NCBI RefSeq assembly: GCF_001194135.2
Contig: NC_068998.1
Span: 45,087,422-45,151,421 of the forward strand
Length of the DNA: 64,000 nt
Origin: Octopus bimaculoides
Lineage: Eukaryota
Reading direction: 5' to 3'
In this document: one piece after another, positions 1 to 12,239 of the stretch
How positions within the stretch are numbered: position 1 is the first letter of the stretch
How the letters are laid out: every line of letters begins with the position of its first letter
Made by a program: the position numbers and the translations under genes
Notes under the pieces: model-generated
What the model was told of the DNA's origin: nothing
The model's database searches: none
The model's input: the letters and a program-made list of their open reading frames with translations, nothing else

Positions 1-539
1 AATATCCATCACTTCTATCATCATCATTATTATTATTGTTATTAATATTATTAATTTTATCTTATTCCATTCTCACAAAAATGTCCGGCCTTGTCTTATG
101 TTGCAATTTTTTCATATTTTATGATTATTATTATTATTACCACCTCCACCTTAGTAAAGGTGGTGGTATTGTTTTCGGTCATGCCACACTTTAAATCTAT
201 TAGTTTCCACTATGTTTTGGCAATGTTCATTACTTATTGATGCTTCTTTTTCTTTTATTAACTTGGATTATTTTTCTACCCATTCTGTTGGATTTTATTC
301 CACAGAAACTCTTTATCATAATGCATATAATTCGCTTTCTTGCTAGTTCATCTTAAAAATCACAGGCTTCCTCTCTGATGCTTGCTTTTCAAGGAGAACT
401 GATTCTTATTGATTTGCTACTGGTTTGCTTTTACAACAAATGTCACTTATGTTAAGATAATAAATTTAATAATGGTTTCCTCTATTTTAATAAATTATTT
501 CAAATTCATTAACTGATATTGGTGTTGGTAATTTAGAAG

Positions 540-1450
540 TATGAAATGTTTGTGAAAAGTATACAACTGCTACGATTTCTGATATTACAAATCAAATAGT
601 CTACTGCTGGTTAATCAATACATCTTTCTATTTTTATCATACTCCAAAATAATCGATTGGCAAAAAATGTCATGAGAATAGCACCATGTATATAGAACTT
701 TCGTAAATGAGTGGCTATTAGAAAATATGCAGATTCATTGATATATTAAATGCTGTCTTTAGAAATTTTATTTTTATTTTTAAAATCCAGAATGGATATA
801 AATGAAAATGTGAGAATTTGTATAATTTTGCTATTAATCAGATCAGTTGCCATTGTATCAGCACATTGGATTTTTCTTCTTTTTTTTATCCTTGATTTAG
901 CTACAGAAATAGTCAGCTTGATATATTTATGCAAAATTGTCTTCATAGTATTAGTTAGTTAAATTATGGCTTTTGCTGGATAAATATGGATGTCTGGGAA
1001 ATTATGTTGCTGATAGTTTCAATCTACAGATAACACTAGATTTGTCAATTTTCCTTTATGTAAATCTAGAATTAACTATGGTGTGTCTGCTACTAGCTGC
1101 AAAGTCATATTGGATAACTATAATGTGTGAATGGCAATAATATACTTCTTTCCTGTATTATATTTACTACTTATAAAAGTTTTCTGTTGAATGCATCATA
1201 GAATTTTCTAATGTTCCTATAAAAGTGGCATATTGTTTTCTAGTTTAAAGAAATATGTTATGATTAAATATAAAGCCTAACTTTTAAGAGTGGATTAATT
1301 TTCAAAAGGCTGGTGGAAAGTGCATGATAAAGTGATAAAGAAGATATTCCTTTGAAGGAAGAAAATAGTCTTCAGATTGGTAGAATGGTAAATCTTCAAT
1401 GCATCTTGGCAGTAGTAAGTTAATCTATAAATGATGTAAAAGATATAGAA
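540..1450 (-). mobile_element. Heavily decayed Penelope-like element, RT region remnants
   Basis: Broken minus-strand frames give FIFNHNIFL..KQYATFIGTLE (resembling NxFxFN..Q..GTAMG..APxYAxLxxGxLE) and FPDIHIY..TNTMKTILHKYI (resembling LPFLD...TDIYxKxTD..QYL). There are many stops and frameshifts. It is adjacent to a GIY-YIG-like end and a hammerhead-like motif. Confidence 0.35.
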
Positions 1451-1539
1451 AGCTTTAAAACAATTATCATCATTTCACTTGCTCTTAATATTAAACATTT
1501 TTAATATTGTAAAATGGTGACTACTTATTTCTTTATATC

Positions 1540-1900
1540 CTAATAGGTTAGCAAATATCCAAATAATTTCAGTCACGACACTGGCCTTCATCAGCTGCAG
1601 AACATTTGTCTTGCATGCAGAGTTAGTGTAACAAGCATGTAATAGTTATTCAAGAGAAATTTATGTGTTAGTTATACATCAAATTCTTAGGTAGACATCA
1701 TGTTGGATGGAAATTCGTTTGCAATTTAGTTCAATGGTGTGTAGGTAAACTTATCCTCACTTCTCTTCTACCTCTTCTCATTTATCACATTCAATGAATG
1801 GAAAGATATTCATTCTGTTATTTAAAATGGGAAACACTTTGATTATTTTTCTTTGACCGATCTCATATTGCCTTGAATCCGAATAATTATATTCATTTAT
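1540..1900 (-). mobile_element. Penelope-like endonuclease C-terminus plus pseudo-LTR with degenerate hammerhead core
   Basis: The minus strand gives IFPF...KRSEDKFTYTPLN* (resembling the Penelope C-terminal R..E..FI..F.P.LN), followed by CTGATGA-aggccagtgtcgtgact-GAAA at 1594-1567. Confidence 0.45.
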
Positions 1901-3039
1901 AAATATTATCTCCTACCTTTTGAAGACACTATACTACTACTACCACTACTACTAATACTGCTACATAAATAATTGCACTGAATTTATTTCAATCATGAAG
2001 TATTCGATGCTAAGGTTTTAAAATATTATACATCTAATAACTTGGCTCTGAAGAATTTACATGAGCTTATGAAATGTTCCTAAATCTTCAGAAATATTCT
2101 CAAAAACATCCTTTCTTGGACTTTTTACATCAGTATTCTGTCTTTTGTCACACTTCTAATATTGCAGCAGATAAATCTAATTATTTTAATAGCCACCAAT
2201 TTTAGATTTTTATTGTACATATGTTTATTTTATTTGTAGTTTTGAAAATTGTAGAAGTATTATTAGTAGCTATAATATTTGTACTAAATTGTGTAATCCT
2301 AGAGAAATGATTTTAGCCGTTTGGTGCAACTTAATTATAAAATGTTGTTTGACACTTAACGATATCTGACTGTCCTACTTCAGATATTCTAATGAGAATG
2401 GTATTACAAATATGTTTTTTTAGAAATACTTTGTGTAAATATTACTTAAAAGCTTTGTGTTATTGTTATCTCGTTATTCTATTCATTATAGTTTCTTATC
2501 TTTTGAATATCATGTCTTCAGAATTATATAAAAAAAGACCAGAGAAAGATAATTGTAAGATATAGCAAAAAGCTAGTTTAAAATGCATGATCATGGTTTG
2601 TTCAGAAAAATTAGTCTATTGTAGGGAATTCTTCTTTAATCCCAGCTTTTAACTATTATCTCAGTCAGTCTCAGCTATTGTGTGAGTGTGTGTGAAGTTT
2701 TGTAAGAAATAATTTCTATTGCCATGGAAACTGTTTATCACTTGAATGGATTGGAAAGTATCTTCTAAAAACTGAAACTATTTTTTACCTCATAATCAAA
2801 AATGCTTTTTTTCTTTTTCTTTATATTTCTTTTCTGCTTTCTTGATTGCATTATTGAGATATATTGAAAATGTTTCATGGATCAAACACTGCCTAACAAG
2901 TATAATAATATTTTTCAAGAAATTGATTATGTATGCAAAATAGTCTGAAGGAATTCTACAGTAAACTGCAGATGTTTGTTTTCTCTAATTATTATTATTG
3001 GGTCAAGCTAATGTTTGCTAATGTTTATTGTTTTGTTCT

Positions 3040-3380
3040 TTTATTTGTTTCTGTCATTTGACTGCAGCCATGCTTATTCTTTGTAAGCCTAGTACTTATT
3101 CTATCAGACTCTTTTGCTGAACCGCTAAGTTACAGAGATGTAAACACACCAACACAGACATACAAGCATATACATACATACATACATATATATATATATA
3201 TATGTGTATATATATACACGACGAGCTTCTTTCAGTTTCCATCTACCAAATCCATGCACAAGGCTTTGGTTGGCCTGAGGCTATAGTAGAAGACATTTAC
3301 CCAAGGTGCCATACAGTGGGACTGAACACGGAACCATGTGGTTGGTTAGCAAGCTACTTACCACACAGCCACTGCTGCAC
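3040..3380 (-). mobile_element. tRNA-derived SINE (family A) with internal (TA/TACA)n and tail type 1
   Basis: The minus strand head tggctgtgtggtaagtagcttgc..gttcagtccc has A- and B-box-like motifs. It is followed by an internal microsatellite and a gtaacttagcggttcagcaaaag..gactgcag/gaaac tail. Related heads are at 45035, 47755 and 59658, and a related tail is at 54935. Confidence 0.85.
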
Positions 3381-3384
3381 CTAG

Positions 3385-4480
3385 AGATTTCTGTAGAAAA
3401 TAATACTTATTTGGAAGTTATTTCCAGTTCAATTTTACTGCCAAGTACTAAGAAACGGAAGGTGAATGTTTTTGTAGTCTATGTTCTGTTTTATGAAAAT
3501 AAAGCGTATGTAGCTTTTATACGGAATATTGGTCCCATTTTTTTAATGCAACAATTTACTGGTTATATATTTATGGTTGGGTCATTGATGTCAACTTCCT
3601 GTAGATATCCAATAACTTATTAGAGGCTGTACGTACTATTTCAAATTTATAGCAGTCTTTGGTACAAGAACTGTCTGAAAACATTACTAACACTGGTGGA
3701 ACCATATAATGCAAAATTCTGCTTGGTTTTCTCCCAAATTCCTTGCTTTCTTTTTTCTCCTGCAATTCCATTTAATCCAGGAAAATCTTTACCATTTGTT
3801 TAACTGCTCAACATCTTTTGCTATTTCTTCGATAGATATTTCATCTCTTGTCACTTCCAGCTCCTCTAGTAACTTCAGAAATTATCAGAGCATTTTTCCC
3901 ATTAAGCATTTTAATGACATACGATGGTCTTTGTATAATTTCTGAATGTTTATATCTGGTGTTGTTATTTACCCTTCATTACTAAACACAAGTAATTTTT
4001 TGATCTCTTCACTTGTAATTTCATTCATTATTTCATAAGTTTTCTTAATCCTTTTCTCTCACCTGCATTAAGTAATTTAACTACTTCAATAGTTACTACT
4101 TCCAAGAATTTTCCTTTTATTTCCTCTTGAGCACCTTTCCATCTCTGTTGAGACGCCAATTTTTAGATATTTCCATTTTCTTTTAATCTTTCGTCTTCTT
4201 AGAACACCTTTAGCTACATTCTGATTTACTTCCTCAACATTCTCCCCTGCACTAGTGATGTCTAAATGTCCACTTATAGCTTCAAATACTACAAACTGAT
4301 TTCAACAGTCAATTACAAATTCATTTTTAGTTTGATCCTCTTTCAACACTACTGTGTGTCAAACCCAGCAAACCTTTTCTTCTTTTCCATAGCCTTCAGT
4401 TTCAGTTGAATTGTCTCTACTATTAAGTGATGGTCACTGCTGATATTGCACTTTCATATGTTCTAATGTCTGGTCCTGAG
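3385..4480 (-). mobile_element. Decayed RTE-type LINE fragment (AP endonuclease C-terminus to start of RT)
   Basis: Minus-strand DIRTYES..NISSDHHLIVETIQLKLKA (SDH motif) and LKEDQTKNEFVIDC*NQF, with a later KDFPGLNGIA (resembling KAPGPDGI). Frameshifted. Confidence 0.75.
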
Positions 4481-4579
4481 GAAACAGAGTGCAAAGGTTC
4501 TTCTGGTTTATACATATACATTTAATACATATTCTAAAATGTGTTATAACATAGACTGGTATACAGGGGGAAGACAGAG

Positions 4580-5190
4580 AGGACAGTGGTAAAGTACAGA
4601 ATTGGTACATTTGTCCTAACCTCTAGAGACTAGACTTACAGGGGGTGCAAGACAATCCATATTTGATCCCTGGAAGGAAAGATGATATGGAGTATTCTGA
4701 ATTATAAAGGTTTCAAAAGCATTATCTGAATTGAAATCCTAAGACAATGGAAGAAAGCTTATAGCGACTTAAGTCTCTATAAGCTTTCTTCCATTGCAAT
4801 GAAGCATCAGTTTGCTATGTAGCTATAAGTAACGCAGCCAATGAAGAGAAAGGGTCTTTCTATCAATTGTTGCAAGAAGTAATTCTCTATATACTTAGCA
4901 AGGGATATCAAAAATTGTGATTGCTTAACTGGATGTGAAAATAGGCAATGATCATAAAAAGGTATGGAGTGGATGACAAGTATACACGGGCTGGGAAATG
5001 TGAATGAAAGCGATGTAAGATTGATCAGCTACTGTACAGGCAACGATTTCATTGTAAAAGTAAGTCTCTTTAAACACAAAAATATAAAGGTACTTGGCCA
5101 TCATCAGGTCAAAAGACATAGTAAAAATCGTCCAATGTAAAAAAAAAAAGACGCTGCCAGATGTCCAGATGTTAGAATATGTGTAGGACA
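4580..5190 (+). mobile_element. Decayed RTE-type LINE AP-endonuclease fragment
   Basis: ETRLTG..GVFxIIKVSKALSELK..NAANEEKGSFYQLLQEV..MEWMTSIHGLGNVNESDVRLISYCTGNDFIVKVSLFKHKNIK..PDVR across frameshifts. Confidence 0.8.
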
Positions 5191-5569
5191 TCTTGAAAAT
5201 TATTTCCATGTGGCTTTGAGATCCATGATAATGGGGGAATATCGTTATTCACTAATTATTGTTTGAAAACGGCATTAAAAGATAAGCTGAAACAAAAACA
5301 TAATCTAAATATTTCTTCTGAGTTAAACTGACTTTTTACTCTTAGGGGATTTCATTAAAAAAGTACTAATAAACAAAGATGTGTCTAGGGAGTTAAAAAG
5401 TTTGCAACATTAGGATCTTGAGTTCATTTTTTACCACATCTCTCCAATTAATACCCACCAAGTTAATCTATAATAACTTTTCAATTAAAAATACCAAGTA
5501 AATACTGGGGTTGGCCTGAGCCTTCTTAGCAAAATTGGAGAGAAGGAAACTTTGTAGAAGTCTGTCAGA

Positions 5570-5705
5570 TTGACCACTTATCCCTGTTTGTATCTGCATT
5601 AGGATTACATTAAGGGCACAGATGTCTGTGGAATATTTAGCCACTTATATTATAATTCAATGAGTAGATGATTCTATTTTCTATTGACTGAACAACTCAA
5701 ACACT
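5570..5705 (+). mobile_element. Old 3' tail fragment of SINE family B
   Basis: ttacattaagggcacagatgtctgtggaatatttagccactt resembles the tail of the SINE at 29367-29751. Confidence 0.5.
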
Positions 5706-8374
5706 CATTATCAAAACCAATGGAGGACCATTTTTTTTTTTTTTACCATTTATTACAAATTATATATATTAATTCTACAACAAACAAGTATACCTTTCCT
5801 GAAAGAAGTCAGTTTTGTGACTGCAAGAGAAACCAGTTATTACATGTCTCTTTTTATACAATTTTCTGTTGTATTCCAGTTTGTTATCCGAATTACATTT
5901 TCGCCATTTTCCCACTTTATTTGGCAGTTGTTCACTGCTTTTGTCTGCTTTCTAGATCGTCACTAAAGAAATATAAAACACTTCTATAATCTCTGTATTG
6001 TTCATCGATGCAATTTAAATGTCTGTAAGCTAATATTCTTAATTTCAGACTGTATCTTTGAAACATTCAATATACTTTAATTTTCTCTATATATTGTTTC
6101 TAAATATACATATAGTTTCTGTTCAAATATTGTTTTATTTCTTTGTAGAAATACCAATATATTAAATTTAGACTTACTGAGTTTGATCTCATTTTTATAT
6201 TGCCTTTTAGAACTGAAATTGTTACAGAACTATCCACATTATTTTTATTCACTATTGTAATTGCATCTTGCATGAAGCCTAATATTAATTGTATCGAACA
6301 ACTGCATCTCCCCTCTATCTACACTCACTTGATATAGTTATCTTTCTTTACGTACTTTCTTGGATTATCCTCTCCCCACTCTTCTAAAATATAGTATAAA
6401 ATATAGTATCACTACTTATGGGTTAGTCTTTTTTATTTTCAGTGACTTTATTTTTTCTCGTTATTTCTATGGAATATAGATAAATTTTATTTCTATCTGA
6501 AGCAAATGTACATTTGATGAACTACCTAAATATAATACTTCAACCTGCTTCAATATTTTCTTCACAAAAGAGTTTGGCTTTCCCATCTAAGTTCTGAGAT
6601 GTGATTGCTAAAACTGTGTCAACTTCATTTTAATCAAATTTAATTCAATTAGTTGCATTTTCACTCTGTTGCTACATCCATGTATATAACAATAATATTG
6701 TAACCCATATATATTTGAGTTATGATGCTGCTAACTTGTCTTATCTTAAACAGAATAAAAGTAGAATAAAACATGTTTAAGTTAGAAATTAGTCTTTTAT
6801 ATGGAATTAAAACTCAACTGCTATACCTTTAAGAACATACTTTTTAAAATATTATGAGTAGTTGGTAGTTACATGTAGTTTCTAAAGATTAAACACCAAG
6901 AAACTAACCTCTGGAAAATTTGTAAAATATGTTTCAGTAACTGTTTTTGTTTACATTTTGTTGCTCGAAATAATATTTATAAGTAAGTTAAGTTTTTGTA
7001 TATTCTCTGACTTCATCCATTTCAAGATATAGCTTGCAATGATTCTGCCGTAGGAGAGATGTGCTGGAGTGATTTGCCATTGCTGTCATCATGTATGTTC
7101 GAAGCATTGGGATTTTTAGAGGAGGTTGGAAAAGAATTATATTTTTCCTAAAAGAGTTTGCAAAATAAATATACTGAAATTTCAAGTAGACATTGAAATA
7201 GGGTTGTGAACTTACCCATTGCTCTATATCATCTACTGAGCATATTTACTTACTGATAACATATATTTTTTTTTAATGCTTTTAATCATAAGTTCAGTAA
7301 ATTTTCAAAAATCAGAATGAAGTATAATAAAAATACCAGTTTTGGTATTTACAGGTTTTAGCTCTAAATTTGAGTATTTCAAATGATAGTCCTAAAATTT
7401 AACAAGTCACTCAAAAATTTATGATGGTAAGTTCGAGCATAATTTATTTCCAACCCAATTGGAAATTTATACTGGGAGTCTTCCCTGACAGATTCTATGA
7501 TATTATACCATGTTATACAATACTAGCATTTCCTTGATATCAATAATATTACAAGGAGTATTGTAGAGCAAATGGCATGATTTTGTGAGAAATGAAGTCA
7601 CTTTTAAGTTATTATAATGAAATTATATTGTTGCAATTTACAGTTGGTTTAACTTTAATTCAAAGGTGGCTTGAATGTAAAGAAACATTTCAAAAACACA
7701 TTTTTTTCTTTCGTAAATTTTCATGAATTGATTGAGCAAACATTATATAAAATACATATTATTCGTAATAGTCATAACAATTACTCCTACTATCTCTAAC
7801 TGAATTTGAACATGTAACCTCTTGCTCTGCAGCATCTAATAACTTTGCATGATTGCACCCTTGACAAAGGTTGTCTCTAATTAGTTTTGTACGACATATT
7901 AGATTCCGATGACTTCTTTGTTGCATACATGCATGGCAGTAGAAGATTTTCTTGTTAATAATCTCACAGTATTAGTATTCTGGAGAAGGATATACTGAGA
8001 ATTGAACCCAATTTAGATTAAACATGAAGCAATTATTGCAAAGACTATTCAGTATACAACTAGGGGAAATTTTCTCACATGTCTTATTTGATTGATTGAA
8101 GAGCCTAAGTTCAGGGAGGTAATAATTAATATTGCACTACTAACTTAAGCAATATATACTCAGGTGGTGGTGGTGGTGGTGGTAAAAATAAAGATAATGG
8201 GAGTAAATCACTAATGAAATGGTGAGAGCAACAATAAAATATTGTTTGCCATAAACATGTCAATAAACTTTGATGAGGATGATGAAAGCAATTGTAATTG
8301 ATATGTAGTAAGCATCACAAGGAAAGTATATTTGTTGGACCAAGCATTTTATAACTTGTCTCTCTCTCTCTCTC

Positions 8375-8385
8375 ACGCACGCACG

Positions 8386-8461
<76 letters not shown>
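8375..8461. repeat. (CGCA)n(CA)n microsatellite, preceded by (CT)n
   Basis: Directly visible; it abuts the transposon TIR. Confidence 0.95.
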
Positions 8462-8465
<4 letters not shown>

Positions 8466-9438
8466 GTGCAATGGGTAAATTGTCACCATTTTATATCTTT
8501 AATTTCACACACGTGCATTGTTTGTTTTTGATTTTGTTGACTACACAGTATAGTAAGGTTAGCTGAGTACCATCTGTGAGAAAAACAGCACCATGATGCA
8601 ATTCACTCTGCCAGAAATTTTGGAAACAACATGCTGTATTGCTTGGCATTCATGCTGGAAGCTCCAGTACGAATATTTCAGAGCGTTTGGGTGTCAATCT
8701 GAGGACAGTGTGGTTGGAAGACGTGTACCAAGAGTGATAAAAGTCAAACATCCTGTCAACATCATGGTGTTTGGTGTGATCACCAGTGATGGCAAAGTTA
8801 TGCCTCCGTTCATCTTCCCTCTTGGCCTCAAACTCAATACAGAGGTCTACATCAAGTGCCAGGAGGAGGTAGTGCTGTCCTTGGTCAACAGGGTAGTTGC
8901 TGGAAGACTCTGCGTCTGACAACAGGACTCTGCACCATGCCACACTAGCAGGGGAACCCAGTCATGGCTGTCAGACAATTTCTGCTATCACATCACCCTT
9001 AATATCTAGCCACCTAACTCCCCAGGCTGCAGCTCCCTTGATTATTATGTGTGAGATGCAGTTGAGCAAGAGACCAACAAGACTCCTTGTCACATCAAAG
9101 ATGAACTGAAGGCAAGGATTATGGCAGCATTCACCAACTTAAACAAGGAGGCCATCCAGAAGAGTTGCAGGAGATTCCAAAGTCGTCTGGGGACTAAAGA
9201 TGAACTGAAGGCAAGGATTATGACAGCATTCACCAACTTCAACAAGGAGGCCATCCAGGAGATTCCAAAGTCGCCTGGAGGCCCTGGTTGAAGCCAATGA
9301 TGATTTTATTGAATAAATTTACTCTTTAGCATTTCAAGATATTTTTATGTAATTTTGGTAAATATACCTGTTAAAATGAGATGTCAGTGTTATTTTCATA
9401 TTGCATAATTTAGACGACAGTTTATTCACTGCACACTG
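8462..9438 (+). mobile_element. Internally deleted Tc1/mariner-superfamily DD37D (maT) transposon, pseudogenised transposase
   Basis: Imperfect ~28-bp TIRs (cagggtgcaatgggtaaattgtcacc / gacgacagtttattcactgcacactg) with TA on the right. The transposase reads KHPVNIMVFGVITSDG..QQDSAPCH..PPNSPGCSSLDYYV, with exactly 37 residues between the second and third D. It has stops, an internal deletion after the N-terminal LGVNLRTV, and an internal duplication. Confidence 0.9.
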
Positions 9439-9928
9439 TATATATAGCAGCAAACATCTTACCACCCAAAGTGGCGGAATTTTCTAGCTATGATAAGAGG
9501 TTCTTATTTAAAGTCAAAGTGTAATAAACATAGCATTGTTAGATATTTCACCCTTTAGCATTAGTGCAATATATAAATTATTCAAGTAGTATCAGATTTT
9601 CTTAGGATACAAAATCTCGGCTTTACAAGTGAAGAGAAATCTGATATGACTTTTATACTTTCTGAATAGTGTATATAAGTAAGAATAAAAAACTGGTCTG
9701 TTGACATTCATCCCTTGGAATTTACTACCCACATGTCAGAACAATGAGCTGACAATAGCCATTTGCATAGTTTCTCTGACTATTCTCCATTAGAAGCCTC
9801 CATATTATCTTCAAATTAGACCAAATATCTTAAGACCTAAATCCCAGGCTAGTATTCAAAAACAAAACTAAGATTTGGTGCGTATGGCTTCAGTGACAAA
9901 CCTTTCATTCACTTGGTTGCCAGAATAT

Positions 9929-10135
9929 TATAGATCTGTTTTATAGTTACCAAAGTAATTGGCACTTACTACTGAATCATAAATCTGTTCTGCTGATTAC
10001 CACTGTATCGGAGATTTGTACTGTTAGTTACTGCTGTATCATAAATTTGTTCTTTTGGTTACCAATGTATTAAAGCTCAGATCGATTGGTTACCAGTGTG
10101 TCATAGATCTGTTTTGATCTGCTCTGTTGGTCACT
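9929..10135. repeat. Degenerate 31-bp minisatellite
   Basis: Units start at 9979, 10010, 10041, 10072 and 10103; consensus approximately atagatctgttctgttggttaccactgtatc. Confidence 0.75.
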
Positions 10136-10599
10136 TTTAAGCAAGTGAATTAGGAGAAAGGGTGGACAATCATTAATGCCAAAAGCTCAACATTTACATA
10201 TTTAAGAACTGGAATAAAGAATGGCAATAATGTGATTGATAAAAGATTTAAATAAGATATGCTGGAGTGGTCACTCATCATATTTCATTTAAACTGAGGG
10301 CAATGAAATATGGTAAATGAGATGACAGTAAAGGTGCTAATAAAATAAAATATAATGAGATAGTGATAAAAAGAAAATAGATGAAAATATTAAAGTGAAA
10401 GAAACCAGCATTGCACAAGGTAGTTGCTAACCCTGAAGCTAAAGAGATCAAGATTATATTCTGTAGAAAAATAATGATGAGAATGTGTTTCTGCATAATA
10501 CAACTCTATGGGGGAAAAGGCTTTGTGCATGAAACTTACAGAGTGTCTGTATGTTTCATGCACAAAGCCTTTTTTGCACAAGCTAGTTCTGACAAGGAA

Positions 10600-11200
10600 T
10601 TTTTGGAATGTGGGAACAAAGAATAAAGCACATCTGAAAATCTTCCCTCTAAGTAATGATAGAAAGGGACCAAACTTGCAACATTCCATCAACGATAGAG
10701 TTATGAGGGTGTCAGCAATAAACCAAAAGACCATATTGTTTGTCACCTAGGCGATTAGCTTTCTTCAAGTGGATAATGACATGCATGTTTATGATAGATG
10801 CAAGCAACTTGTATTTGATACTCATATGGCTAATTGGCCTCTGTTAAAATGGGAAGGAAAGATCACCAGAGTTCTTGAAAAATAGGAAAACTACAGACTG
10901 TTTTGAGTGAATAATTGAAAAACTTTGCTAGACTTGGAGATATCTTAGATAATAATGGCACTCCCCTTCCCACACAACAAAGTGGTATGATACAGCCACT
11001 ATAAAGTTGGACAGTCAGTTGTTGTAGCAAATCAGTAGTAGTAGAATCATTGTATGAGTTCTCAGTTGGAGTCGGTGTCAGTTACATAATATGTACGAGT
11101 TTGAGTTACCGTCAAGGTAGACGTTTCAAAGTCATTGTCAAAGATAATAAGACATGGAATGCTGCCACAACATAATAGTGACAACAAGAATATTACAGTG
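10600..11200 (+). mobile_element. Possible decayed Gypsy-like integrase remnant
   Basis: Broken frames give SYEGVSNKPK (resembling C..CQ.NKP), PLPTQQSGMIQ (resembling PYHPQSNG.xE) and KVGQSVVV. Weak, by-eye similarity. Confidence 0.3.
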
Positions 11201-12239
11201 TCGACAACAACATACAAGTGGACGAGGATCCACATATAACATTTTTTAACTGAACGAATGGAATCTACTCTTGACCAGTTGCAACGAGATCTACTCTTGA
11301 CCAGTTGCTTTTGATGGATCTAGATCATTAATAACTTTTGATACTTCCCTGGTCGATACTCTAAAGTCAGAATGAAAGTAGAAGTGAAGAAGTCCAGCAT
11401 GAAATGATTAGAACCAGCTAGCATGGATTGTGATGCAAAGTTCTTAGCAAAAAACTTGGTTTTGTATGCATATCATGGCAGTATTCAGTATTATTGATAG
11501 ATGTTGGAATAGACAGTTGTTATGATTAAGTATTTTATTGGTTATTCTTCAGAATTCATGTGAACTCAGCCTCCCTTGATCAATTTTCATCTCAAAAGAT
11601 TCAGTTTAGCTAAACTTCGCATTCCTCAACACTCTTTCCCAATGGTTATGGGCAGCATGGAAGGCTATGAAATTAGCGTTGCACCCATTTGTAGTGAAAA
11701 GCAACATAGTGGTTGTAATGAACTATTATAGCTTTATATCCCAGAATAAACCCCTGTGAGAGGTTTTTTTTTGTTTTTGATTTTTGTTAGTATATTTTAT
11801 GAGGGACAAAATTATTGATCCTAGACTGCAACCATTGATGTAACTTTTGACATTCTAGAAAAGATATCCAAGTGGATGGGATCAGCCAGTTGAGAAAACA
11901 ATCCTCCTTAATTCATTTGGAATACTTGAACACAGACTGATGGCAAAACTGCAAAGATTTTTTTGCTCTGTACTCCAATGACGACCATGGCCAAACAGTG
12001 GTATGATCAAGCAAATGGGAATAGCACAACTACAGCACAAATATTAGGACATGTAGTCAGGAAAAGATTTAGCAGATTAAGATTTTGATTACCAGCATCT
12101 GGAACTTGAGCTTGAGAATCAATAATTTGAGTTAGTTCCTATGCGAAGAAGAAATCATGGCAGTGTTTATTATCAATGTATGTTTTATTGGAATATAACC
12201 AGTCTTTATGGTGGATGTTAAATACTCCTTTAATATGGA

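Noticed and set aside
9979-10135. CRISPR-like periodicity
   Set aside because: Contiguous degenerate units with no unique spacers and no cas genes, in a eukaryotic context.
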